Shown: one piece after another, positions 17,101-25,644 of the stretch
How positions within the stretch are numbered: position 1 is the first letter of the stretch
Layout: every line of letters starts with the position of its first letter
Origin: Chloracidobacterium sp.
GTDB taxonomy: Bacteria; Acidobacteriota; Blastocatellia; Pyrinomonadales; Pyrinomonadaceae
Direction of reading: 5' to 3'
NCBI GenBank assembly: GCA_043748725.1
Contig: JAYVER010000226.1
Location: 8,922-72,921, forward strand
Length of the DNA stretch: 64,000 bases
Made by a program: the position numbers and the translations under genes
The notes under the pieces: generated by a model
Told to the model about the DNA's origin: nothing
Seen by the model: the letters and a program-made list of their open reading frames with translations, nothing else
Database searches by the model: none

Positions 17101-17937
17101 GTGTTTGGCGAAAGAAAACTTGTGATCGCTACAAAACACGAAAAGGAACGCGTGATCGCGCCCATACTCGAGTCAGAGTTGGGCGTGATCTGCTTTGTAC
17201 CCGACAATTTTGACTCCGATGCTTTCGGAACGTTTTCGGGCGAAGTTGAGCGAAAATTGGATCCAGTAGAAACAGCGAAAAGAAAATGCCGTCTCGCGAT
17301 GGAGTTGAACAGCTGCGATTTGGGCGTTGCAAGCGAAGGCTCGTTTGGCCCGCACCCGTCAAACTTTTTTGCTAGTGCCGACGACGAAATCTTGGTCTTT
17401 ATCGATACCGCGAATGATTTGGAAATTATTGCAAGAGAATTGACCTTTGAGACAAACTTTGACGGTAGGGCGGTCGCCAATATGAGTGAGTTACTGGAAT
17501 TTGCCGAAGCTGCAAAGTTCCCATCGCACGGTTTGATCTTGCGCCCTGCGAAAGGCGTCAACGAACAGATAATTAAGAGCATCATTGATCGGGCGGAATT
17601 AGAAGCAGGCTATACCAAGCTGTTCGAAACCTACGGCTCGGCATATGTCGAAACGGATATGAGGGCAATGTTTAACCCGACGCGACTGAAAGTGATCGGT
17701 GATGCGGCTGTAAAATTGGCGGCTAGGGTTAAGTCATTGTGCCCGAAATGTGCCACGCATGGGTTTGGAGTAGTTGAAATGCGGCCGGGCCTGCGTTGCA
17801 GTATGTGCGGTGCCCCAACAGACTCAGCTTTGAGCCTCGTCTCTCGGTGTAAACGGTGTGGCTTTGAAGCGGACGAAATGTATCCGAACGGAAACACGCT
17901 CGAAGACCCGAGATTCTGCGGCATCTGCAATCCGTAG
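17101..17937 (+). CDS. uncharacterised protein with C-terminal Cys4 zinc-ribbon pairs (possibly the DUF6671 family; not verified)
   Basis: IATKHEKERVIAP...ASEGSFGPHP in the N-terminal domain. The C-terminus carries CPKC..CSMCG..CKRCG..CGIC. The gene starts 9 nt after the icd stop. Confidence 0.6.
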   Translation: MFGERKLVIATKHEKERVIAPILESELGVICFVPDNFDSDAFGTFSGEVERKLDPVETAKRKCRLAMELNSCDLGVASEGSFGPHPSNFFASADDEILVFIDTANDLEIIARELTFETNFDGRAVANMSELLEFAEAAKFPSHGLILRPAKGVNEQIIKSIIDRAELEAGYTKLFETYGSAYVETDMRAMFNPTRLKVIGDAAVKLAARVKSLCPKCATHGFGVVEMRPGLRCSMCGAPTDSALSLVSRCKRCGFEADEMYPNGNTLEDPRFCGICNP

Positions 17938-18062
17938 GTGGGCAGTGTTTTTAGACATATATTGCTCAGTCCGAGCTGAAAAATAATTAGTTTCAAAATC
18001 GAGATAACGGTCTGCAACGGCGTCCGCAAGAAATTTGCCAACTGGTAGAGATAAAGCGAAGG

Positions 18063-18090
18063 ATGAAGTTTCGGCTTCATCTTTTTTAAT
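18063..18090 (+). terminator. intrinsic terminator-like hairpin GATGAAG-tttcgg-CTTCATC followed by a T-run
   Basis: Read directly. A degenerate copy of the same 21-mer lies at 18656-18676. Confidence 0.6.
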
Positions 18091-18174
18091 TTTACAGGCC
18101 GATAATTGTGATACCTTATTTCCAACCTGTTTCGCGCAACCGTGAATTTCGCAATTGATTAAAAATAACCCGTT

Positions 18175-18453
18175 ATGAATAAAACAGAAACCGTAAATCT
18201 GATTAAAGGAACTTTCGAGCCGGAGGACGCTAAAGAACTTCTTCTCCAATTATTAAATAGCAAAATAGACTTTCATAGTCGGAGAAACTGGAGTTCCCAA
18301 GAACGATTTGGAAAACCAGATTTGGTTTCCAAACAAAAACTGGAATATCTCGAGGAAGCCCGAAAAAATATACAGACGTTTCTGACAGAGGCGATTAATC
18401 AAAAAAAATCCGTAACTATAAATTCATTAATAGAATTGAAAATCGAAGAATGA
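18175..18453 (+). CDS. hypothetical protein (92 aa)
   Basis: ORF in an AT-rich segment; no family was recognised. Confidence 0.4.
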   Translation: MNKTETVNLIKGTFEPEDAKELLLQLLNSKIDFHSRRNWSSQERFGKPDLVSKQKLEYLEEARKNIQTFLTEAINQKKSVTINSLIELKIEE

Positions 18454-18492
18454 GATTACAGTAAACCGCGCGAAAAGAAGTACGCTGGCAAA

Positions 18493-18615
18493 TGAACCGA
18501 TGTCACTCACAAACGGATAATCTCGCTGTTCGAACGCCTCTACAACGGAGGCCTCGATGTAATCAAGACCGAAAACCTCTACAACTTCGACAACGTTAAG
18601 GGCTACTCTACGTAA
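18493..18615 (+). pseudogene. displaced 3'-terminal fragment of an isocitrate dehydrogenase gene
   Basis: TDVTHKRIISLFERLYNGGLDVIKTENLYNFDNVKGYST* aligns with the intact icd C-terminus ETISHQQVIDLLGRFDAAGFDFIKTEHLYNFDGQPGYSLGQGQ*. Confidence 0.75.
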
Positions 18616-18648
18616 GTCAGAACCGCCAGCATGAGTGGGCGGGTAATC
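18616..18648 (+). repeat. GTCAGAACC-headed dispersed repeat copy
   Basis: gtcagaaccgccagcatgagtgggcgggtaatc lies immediately after the remnant's stop codon. Confidence 0.6.
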
Positions 18649-18912
18649 TCAATAAGAAGGATGAAGTTTCGGCTTCGGTTTTTTACTAAAATGTAATATT
18701 TTAGTGTACACATCAAAAGTACTCATGTCTGTGAGTTATGTACAACTTACTTGGCGGCAATCGAAAACAATGAACTATCAAATAAGAAAATTAGAGGTTG
18801 TTACGGAAGACTCTTTTTAGCTTCTATCCATACGTTGACCGTTGTCAATAAAATTCGGTTGAACTCTTTGTTAGTTTTTTTTCGTGGGGGACTGGCGGAT
18901 CGATGAGATAGG

Positions 18913-20346
18913 TTACGTAGATCGATGTCTTTGTCGCGAGGGTTCGGCGTCATCGCTGGTTTTGATCGCAACGGTTGCGATCGCCGCGAGAAGTAGAAAG
19001 AAAAATGCGTTTGACGGCGTCCGCAGCGGGAAATCGAAAAAGCTGTGGATAAGAATGCCGAAACAACCCGCCAAAGCTCCAATCGCCGCATTTCGCCTAA
19101 AGCTGCTGCCTACCGATGTTAATACGCCCAAGCCTTTCTTAAATAAAAGATAAATAAACGCTGCGATACATACGAACCCGACCAGACCCGCGTCGGCGAG
19201 CGTCTGCAGATAGTCGTTGTGAGCCTGCTCAACCCGCAGAAAGCCGTTCCATGTGTCGTATTTGGGAAACGCAACGCCGAATGCGTCGAAACCGGCCCCG
19301 AGGATCGGATGTTCGAGAAATATTTTGATCGCGATCGGCCAGTAATGGGCGCGGCCGCTTGAGATATCTGCGTCGGCATTGCTAACGCCGATCCCGCGAA
19401 AAAGTGACTCGTTGCCGCCGAGAAATAAAACAACGCCGAAGATAACGAGGATCAGGGTGATCCCCGCAACGGCGAGTACAACTTTTCTTTGACCGCCGCC
19501 CGACTCGTCTTTCAACCGGTTTTCACCCGAGCGTTCACGGGAGAAAAAATTTACCAGCAAAACAAATGCGAGCACCGACACAAAGCCGAGCAGCCCGCCA
19601 CGCGAGCTCGTCAAAACGGTCGCGACGCCCATTATGATCACAGGGATGACAAGCAGCAGTTTTTTGTCCCGGCCGGTCGTTTTTCCGAACAGCAGGGCGA
19701 GCGCGAGGCCGGTCGTCATTTGCATAAACGCCGCGAAATGATGCTGGTTGACGAACGGTCCAAAAGGAATTGACTGCGGCGTTTTGCGGAGCCCATAGAT
19801 GCCGTCTGGGTTGCCCAAACGCTGCAAGATCCCGACAAACGCCATCACCGCCCCAAAAATTATCACGAGCAAAACGACCTTTTTCAACCGCCGCTCATTG
19901 TTAATAAAAGTCAGGCAGGCCGCGAAAAAAACCAGGTATACGACGAGCCGGGTAACAAAGAATTGGGTCGCGTACGGGTCGAGCGACAGCGAGCGAGAAA
20001 CGGGAACGCTCAACAGTTCGCCGGACACGCCGCCACCAAGCGGTAAAAGCTGAACGAGGCCGATCATCAAAAGGCCAATGACCGGGATCTGCAGCGAGCT
20101 CGGACTAAACAGCAATCCTTTGGCCTTCGACGATTCGGCGAGCCACAGCAAAACTATCACCGCCCAGAATATTGAAATAAATATCCACGTCGTATTATCA
20201 ACGCCCCCGAAGAGAATCGTCGAAAAAACCGGCACGACACACAGCAAAAAAAAGATGGCGGCACTCACGCGCGAAGACACTTCGCCGGTTTCAACATTTT
20301 CAAGGCGGCTCGTCTGCTGCTGTGCTGTATCGGGCGTGTTATCCAT
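18913..20346 (-). CDS. O-antigen ligase / Wzy_C-family membrane protein
   Basis: Polytopic protein with the EQAHNDYLQTLADAGLVGF motif. Confidence 0.85.
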   Translation of the reverse strand: MDNTPDTAQQQTSRLENVETGEVSSRVSAAIFFLLCVVPVFSTILFGGVDNTTWIFISIFWAVIVLLWLAESSKAKGLLFSPSSLQIPVIGLLMIGLVQLLPLGGGVSGELLSVPVSRSLSLDPYATQFFVTRLVVYLVFFAACLTFINNERRLKKVVLLVIIFGAVMAFVGILQRLGNPDGIYGLRKTPQSIPFGPFVNQHHFAAFMQMTTGLALALLFGKTTGRDKKLLLVIPVIIMGVATVLTSSRGGLLGFVSVLAFVLLVNFFSRERSGENRLKDESGGGQRKVVLAVAGITLILVIFGVVLFLGGNESLFRGIGVSNADADISSGRAHYWPIAIKIFLEHPILGAGFDAFGVAFPKYDTWNGFLRVEQAHNDYLQTLADAGLVGFVCIAAFIYLLFKKGLGVLTSVGSSFRRNAAIGALAGCFGILIHSFFDFPLRTPSNAFFFLLLAAIATVAIKTSDDAEPSRQRHRST

Positions 20347-20351
20347 TTTTT

Positions 20352-21638
20352 CTAAAGCCGGCTTATCGAAAGATCGTCAAACGAGAGCTTGCCATTGACC
20401 GAACATGTACCGGCGCAACCCTCACGGACGAAGCGGATAATAATAGCGTCGGTGACGGCCGGCACGGTAAATTTTGCTTTCATCGGCACCCAATCGACGA
20501 CCGGCATCATTGGCGCAGTAGTCGTAATGGCCGTACCGGTTGAGGCGTCGGCGATCTCCCATTTGAATGCGGCAGTCGACTTGAGATCCGACTTGTAAAA
20601 CACCTCAAACTCATACGAGGCACCCGGAACCACCGGCACGGTTTGCGAAACGGGGCGAAATGCGACCGTGTTAAATGTATTGAACGCCATTAAAAGGCTG
20701 TATTTTCCTGAATGCGGCTGCCCTTCGCTGAGGCCGATCTGCGGTTCGGCACCTTCGGCGATCTGCCATTCGAAAATGCCGGCGTTTCTGAGCTTAACGC
20801 CGTTCTCAAAACCGCCGTTGCTGATCTGTCCAAGTACCGTCTTTTCGCTGTCATCGGACAGAAGATCGCCGGTGACGCGTGACGCCAGTTGAAATTTTTT
20901 GGCCGTGATGAGTTGCTCGACGAGTTTTCCGCCGATCTGCTTGAATTTCGTTCTTTTATCATCCGCGGCGAGCTGCGACCATGCATCGAAAGCATCGTCG
21001 AACCTGTTTCCGGCGGCCAGAACACTCGCCAGTGCCGCATTTGCCTCCGCCGAATCGCCCAGGACGCTCCGCACCTGTCCTACATTGCCGTCGAATAACT
21101 GCAAAGCGATAGCCACCGCCGGGTTTGAATACTGCGGGTCCGACGCGGCAGCCTTTGCGATGAGTGCAAAGCCATGGTCGCTATTACCTTGTCTAATTAG
21201 CGAATTGCCATATGCCCATTGGACGGCTGAGTAATTTGGGGCAAGCTCCAATGCACGATGAAACGCGGCTCCGGCACTTGGCCGGTCGCCGCCGCTGTCG
21301 CGAGCTTTGCCCAACTCGAGCCAAAGAAGGTAATTATTCGGCGAAAGGGCGGTCGCGGTCTCATATTCGGTCAAGGATTTGGCAAGGTCGGCGTCGTCGA
21401 AGGTTTTTTCAAAAAGACGAGCCGCTATAAAATGGGTCTGCGGATCGTCCGGCGCCATTTCGACGAGCGACTCGACGACTATCTTTGACTCAGGACGTTC
21501 CGTGTCGAGAGCCGAGGCGACCACATTCGCAAAATTCCATTTAACAAAAAACCACGCGGAGGCGATGCACACAATAGCGACTGCCGCCAGATAGATATGC
21601 GTTATTCCACGATCGAATTTGAGTATCTTTACAGACAA
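20352..21638 (-). CDS. membrane-anchored TPR-repeat protein with a C-terminal carbohydrate-binding-like beta domain
   Basis: N-terminal TM segment, TPR-like repeats (ALELAPNY...), and a C-terminal GGFENG...KYSLLM jelly-roll-like region. Confidence 0.6.
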   Translation of the reverse strand: MSVKILKFDRGITHIYLAAVAIVCIASAWFFVKWNFANVVASALDTERPESKIVVESLVEMAPDDPQTHFIAARLFEKTFDDADLAKSLTEYETATALSPNNYLLWLELGKARDSGGDRPSAGAAFHRALELAPNYSAVQWAYGNSLIRQGNSDHGFALIAKAAASDPQYSNPAVAIALQLFDGNVGQVRSVLGDSAEANAALASVLAAGNRFDDAFDAWSQLAADDKRTKFKQIGGKLVEQLITAKKFQLASRVTGDLLSDDSEKTVLGQISNGGFENGVKLRNAGIFEWQIAEGAEPQIGLSEGQPHSGKYSLLMAFNTFNTVAFRPVSQTVPVVPGASYEFEVFYKSDLKSTAAFKWEIADASTGTAITTTAPMMPVVDWVPMKAKFTVPAVTDAIIIRFVREGCAGTCSVNGKLSFDDLSISRL

Positions 21639-21660
21639 TATTTTAAGTCGTCGTTTTGCC

Positions 21661-23487
21661 CTAGATCAGATCGACCGGCTCGATCTTGATCTGGGCGCGT
21701 TTTAGCGTGACGTTTGATTCCCTACAGAACTCGCGAACGCTTTTGAGCTTATCGGGCGGCATATTGCGCACCGATACTAGAATTTCGGCAATATCTTTTT
21801 GACGGCAGATGTCGGCGAGCGAGCCGTTTCCGTCAAAAACCTTGAGGCCGTGAATAAGTTTATCCTTTTTCAACGGATCGTCGTCGATAAAACCGACCGC
21901 CGTGTAGTTCCACTCTGGATTATTGTTCAGTTCCCTTAAAACCATCTCGCCGCCGTCGCCGGCACCGTAAATAAGCACTTTTTGCCCGTCACCCGAAACC
22001 GGGAGAGGCAGTATTTGTCTGATCACGCGAAACGCCATGCGGCTCCCGACGACGGCTAACAGCAAAAGAATGCCGTCAAGAATGAACACCGTCCTTGAAA
22101 AGCCCTCGAACCGATATATGAGCAGAACCGCCATTACGCTCAGAATCGAGCCGAGCAGCACGCCTTTTGTAAACGTAATAAAGTCGCCGATACTCGTATA
22201 TCGCCACAAACCGCGATACACGCCGACGGCCAGAAACGAGCCGATCTTGATCAGTATCAGCAGCGGCAGGGTCTTGAGGAAAAGATCCCAGTTCGTCGAG
22301 CTCTCGAACGAAGCAAACAGCAAAGCAAACGCCGAGTAATACGCAAGCGTCACCAGAAAAGCGTCGAGAAATACCTCGAAGATGCGGCGTTTGTGTGACA
22401 CATTGACCAGAAACGCGAACACGGCATTTTCGGCAGCCGCCTGATCTTCATCCGTGCCTTCATAAACCTTGACTTTAGAAAGATAAACGCCAAGTATCAC
22501 CAGCAAAAGCGTAAAAAACCCTATGAGCGCGAAGCTCTTATAGACGCCGATCTGGCCGACAGAAAGTGCGAGAGCACCGGCGATAATGGCAAAGGCGTAG
22601 AGCATCAAGACGGCGTTTCGTTCCGAGAGGCCGAGCGCAACGAGCCGGTGCGATGTATGGTCGAGGCCGCCCTGTGACGCTTTTCTGCCCCAAAGTTTTC
22701 GTAGAACCGTCACAAATGTCGTGTCGAAAATGGGAACGAAAAGCACTAGGACGGGAACAGCCAGAATGGCCACAATGCCGCGCGAGCGCCCGCCGACCTG
22801 ATTTAGCAAGACCGAACCCGAAAGCAAAAATCCGACAAACATTGAGCCGCAGTCGCCCATAAAGATCGACGCCGGATTGAAATTAAAGACCAAAAATCCA
22901 AGCAACGCCCCGATCAATGCTGCGGATAAAAGCAGCTCGTTTGTCAGCCCGTTCGCGGCAAAATTGAGCGCCAGCGAAACGGACGCGATGGCTGAAATGC
23001 CGACCGCGAGACCGTCCATATTGTCGAGCAGGTTTATAGCGTTCGTAATGCCGATGACCCAAAACACGGTCAGCCAGATATCAATGATCTCGAAGCCGGT
23101 CAACGGCAGCTTGAGTCCTGAAAGCACAAGAATGCCGGCACCGATGAGCTGGCCGATCAGCTTTTGATAGGGCCGGATCGTTAAGATGTCGTCAAGTAGC
23201 CCGACCAAAAACAGGAATGCGCTGCCGCCAAACACGACCATTGAGCTGCGTGTCGGCGGCACAAGGAGAAAGTAGGCAACGGCCGTGGAAAGAAATATCG
23301 CGACACCGCCGAGCATCGCCGTCGGACGTTTATGCCAGCGGTCGGATTTCGGCTTGGCGACAAAACCGCGCCGCACAGCAAATGTCCTGACGGATAGCGT
23401 CAGGATTACCGACAAAATTGCGGCCACACTTCCGACAAAGATTGGGTTTGAGATCAAACCTTGCATAATTAAGAAAGAATGGAACAC
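21661..23487 (-). CDS. MraY/WecA-family polyprenyl-phosphate sugar-1-P transferase fused to an extra 4-TM and Rossmann-like (CapD/WbaP N-terminal type) module
   Basis: NAINLLDNMDGLA and FMGDCGSMFVGF motifs occur in the N-terminal half. VLIYGAGDGGEMVLREL...VGFIDDDP occurs near the C-terminus. The start could be GTG 23487 or ATG 23466. Confidence 0.8.
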   Translation of the reverse strand: MFHSFLIMQGLISNPIFVGSVAAILSVILTLSVRTFAVRRGFVAKPKSDRWHKRPTAMLGGVAIFLSTAVAYFLLVPPTRSSMVVFGGSAFLFLVGLLDDILTIRPYQKLIGQLIGAGILVLSGLKLPLTGFEIIDIWLTVFWVIGITNAINLLDNMDGLAVGISAIASVSLALNFAANGLTNELLLSAALIGALLGFLVFNFNPASIFMGDCGSMFVGFLLSGSVLLNQVGGRSRGIVAILAVPVLVLFVPIFDTTFVTVLRKLWGRKASQGGLDHTSHRLVALGLSERNAVLMLYAFAIIAGALALSVGQIGVYKSFALIGFFTLLLVILGVYLSKVKVYEGTDEDQAAAENAVFAFLVNVSHKRRIFEVFLDAFLVTLAYYSAFALLFASFESSTNWDLFLKTLPLLILIKIGSFLAVGVYRGLWRYTSIGDFITFTKGVLLGSILSVMAVLLIYRFEGFSRTVFILDGILLLLAVVGSRMAFRVIRQILPLPVSGDGQKVLIYGAGDGGEMVLRELNNNPEWNYTAVGFIDDDPLKKDKLIHGLKVFDGNGSLADICRQKDIAEILVSVRNMPPDKLKSVREFCRESNVTLKRAQIKIEPVDLI

Positions 23488-23583
23488 GGATGGCCACGGA
23501 TCGAAACGGATTTACACGGATATGATTTTTTATTTTAATCCTCTGACCCGTGTTTATCCGTGCTTTTTCAGTGCAGATCCGTG
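23483..23583. repeat. inverted pair of 10-bp-phased word arrays (CACGGAT x4 / ATCCGTG-type x4-5)
   Basis: CGGAT starts at 23487, 23497, 23507 and 23517. An AT-rich spacer follows, then CCGTG/CAGTG words near 23547, 23557, 23568 and 23578. Confidence 0.9.
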
Positions 23584-23642
23584 TTCTATTTATTGTTAAG
23601 CGTTATTACAAGCCAATTATCGCAGAAAATCAACCGTCAAAG

Positions 23643-24884
23643 CTATTGTACATTTTTACGGTCAAAGGCTTTTATGCGATCGGAATACTGCACGAGCAGC
23701 ATTTGATAGACCTCGGAAATATCGGCGACCATCTTTTCGGTGCGAAAATTTGGATCAACGTGCCGTCTGCCATTTTCGCCGAGTTTGCGTCTTAACTCGT
23801 CATCCTCAAGCAACTGCGCGACGCGCATTGCCAGTCCCTCGGAATCGAATGCCTTAACGAGATAACCCGTGTAGTCGTCGATCACCACCTCAGGCGCACC
23901 ATCGATGTCGAACGATACGCAAGGCTTGCCCATCGCCAGCGACTGTGGCAGAACGCGTGCCAAACCCTCCCGCAAGGACGTGTGGACAACAACGTCCATC
24001 GCCGAGATCATCTCCGGTATGCGCTCGCGGTCGATGAGTCCGGCAAAAACAAAATTGTCGAGAATGCCATATTTCCCGGCTCTTTCCTGCAAATGTTCGA
24101 GCAGTATGCCGTCGCCGATGAGAAAAAACCGGACGTTTGGAACGCGTTTTACGATCTCGGGCGCGGCGTCCATCAGTTGGTCGTGTCCCTTGAGCGGAAA
24201 AAGCCGGGCGATCTTGCCAACGACCGGCGCATCGAGCGGAATGCCGAATTCCCGTTTTACCTCATCGGCGTCGAATTTTGCATTAAGAAACCAGTCGAGC
24301 TCCATACCGCTGTAAACGGTGCGAAACCGCGCGGGCTCGGCAATTCCGGCGGCGATCGCCTTTTGCGAGATGATGTCCGAGACGCTGATGTAAAAATCCG
24401 TGACCGGCGCGCAGATCTTCTTGGCGAGCCACCATGCGCGATTTACGATCCACGGCTGGTAATCATGAAAAACGAGGCTGTGGAGCGTGTGGACGATGAT
24501 CGGCGCACCCGCGAGCCACGCCGCGAGGCGGCCGAGCACACCGGCCTTTGACGAATGCGTGTGGACAATATGGTAGCGTCCGGCCTTGATCAATCCGTAA
24601 AGTTTCCAGAACACCACGAGATCGGAGAACGGATTGATGCTGCGGCCCATTTCGGGCAGCACGATCAGATTTGTCGTCTCGCGGGCCTGAGAGAGCATCT
24701 CGCCCTCTTTGCCCTTGTCGATGCCGCTGACAAGCGTGACGTCGTACTCAGGCATCGCGTTGAGGCCAACGACCGAGAGCAGCGTATTCTCCTGCGCGCC
24801 GCCGACGATCATCCGCGTGATTATGTGGAGCACGCGGATCGTCCGACTTTGCGCCCTGTTTGTGGCGTCCTGCTGTATTGTCAT
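23643..24884 (-). CDS. glycosyltransferase family 4
   Basis: The C-terminal GT1/GT4 motif is present (EGLARVLPQSLAMGKPCVSFDIDGAPEVV). Confidence 0.85.
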   Translation of the reverse strand: MTIQQDATNRAQSRTIRVLHIITRMIVGGAQENTLLSVVGLNAMPEYDVTLVSGIDKGKEGEMLSQARETTNLIVLPEMGRSINPFSDLVVFWKLYGLIKAGRYHIVHTHSSKAGVLGRLAAWLAGAPIIVHTLHSLVFHDYQPWIVNRAWWLAKKICAPVTDFYISVSDIISQKAIAAGIAEPARFRTVYSGMELDWFLNAKFDADEVKREFGIPLDAPVVGKIARLFPLKGHDQLMDAAPEIVKRVPNVRFFLIGDGILLEHLQERAGKYGILDNFVFAGLIDRERIPEMISAMDVVVHTSLREGLARVLPQSLAMGKPCVSFDIDGAPEVVIDDYTGYLVKAFDSEGLAMRVAQLLEDDELRRKLGENGRRHVDPNFRTEKMVADISEVYQMLLVQYSDRIKAFDRKNVQ

Positions 24885-25552
24885 ACATCGGCAACGACAA
24901 TGTAGTCGCGGTCGAGGTAAACGATCTCAAACGTTGTTACGCCGGCCTTCGCCATTATGTCGCGTACCCGAGCCTCCGTGTAAAGAAATAGCGGCGTGCC
25001 TTTTAGCCAAAACCGCACCCTTCTCAGCGGTATCCGCCATTCGAATTTTTTCGGGAAACTCATCACCATTCGGCCCTTTGTGAGTTTGCGCATGCTTGTA
25101 ATAACGGAGACCGGATCCTCAATGTAATCAAAGAAGCCATTTCCCGTGCAGGCGTCAAATGGCCCGTCAGATTCGGCGATGACGTCCGGAAAACGCCCGA
25201 CCCTGTACTCGCAAATTTCTGACAATCCTTGTTCAGCCGCGAGTTGATCGGCGATTTCGATCATGGCCGGAGCAAAATCGACCCCGATCACTTTTGCTGC
25301 ACCGCCACGAGCGAATGCCAGACAAAACCGCCCCGATCCGCAGCCCACATCGAGTATCTTTTTGCCCGCAAAAGGCGCTAGTTTCTCGACATTCAGCTTA
25401 AGGCGTTTTTGGACAACACCGCGCCAGTAATTGTCGATGAATCGGGCGAAAACACCTTTCTTATCGTCATAGATCGCGTCGAACCGCTCGGCGTCATCGT
25501 GAAAATGATCGCGGATCTTTTCTTCGACGGTGTTGGAAACGTTGTCAGTCAT
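24881..25552 (-). CDS. class I SAM-dependent methyltransferase
   Basis: ILDVGCGSGRF motif I. Confidence 0.85.
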   Translation of the reverse strand: MTDNVSNTVEEKIRDHFHDDAERFDAIYDDKKGVFARFIDNYWRGVVQKRLKLNVEKLAPFAGKKILDVGCGSGRFCLAFARGGAAKVIGVDFAPAMIEIADQLAAEQGLSEICEYRVGRFPDVIAESDGPFDACTGNGFFDYIEDPVSVITSMRKLTKGRMVMSFPKKFEWRIPLRRVRFWLKGTPLFLYTEARVRDIMAKAGVTTFEIVYLDRDYIVVADV

Positions 25553-25565
25553 AAAACAATCTTAA

Positions 25566-25631
25566 CGCAGAGTACGCTGAGAACGAAGAGGAAGCCGAAG
25601 TAAATTCTCTGCGTACTCTGCGGCCTCTGCG
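25566..25631. repeat. inverted pair of 9-bp-phased arrays (CGNAGAG x3 / CTCTGCG x3)
   Basis: cgcagag at 25566, cgctgag at 25575, cgaagag at 25584; ctctgcg at 25607, 25616 and 25625. Confidence 0.92.
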
Positions 25632-25644
25632 TTTAAAATCCTGC

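Noticed and set aside
17085-18249. Three long minus-strand ORFs (17085-17585, 17631-18125, 17824-18249) antisense to the icd-islet genes
   Set aside because: They have no homology. They overlap a plus-strand ORF with a coherent domain structure, and the last two cross a plus-strand terminator and AT-rich spacer.
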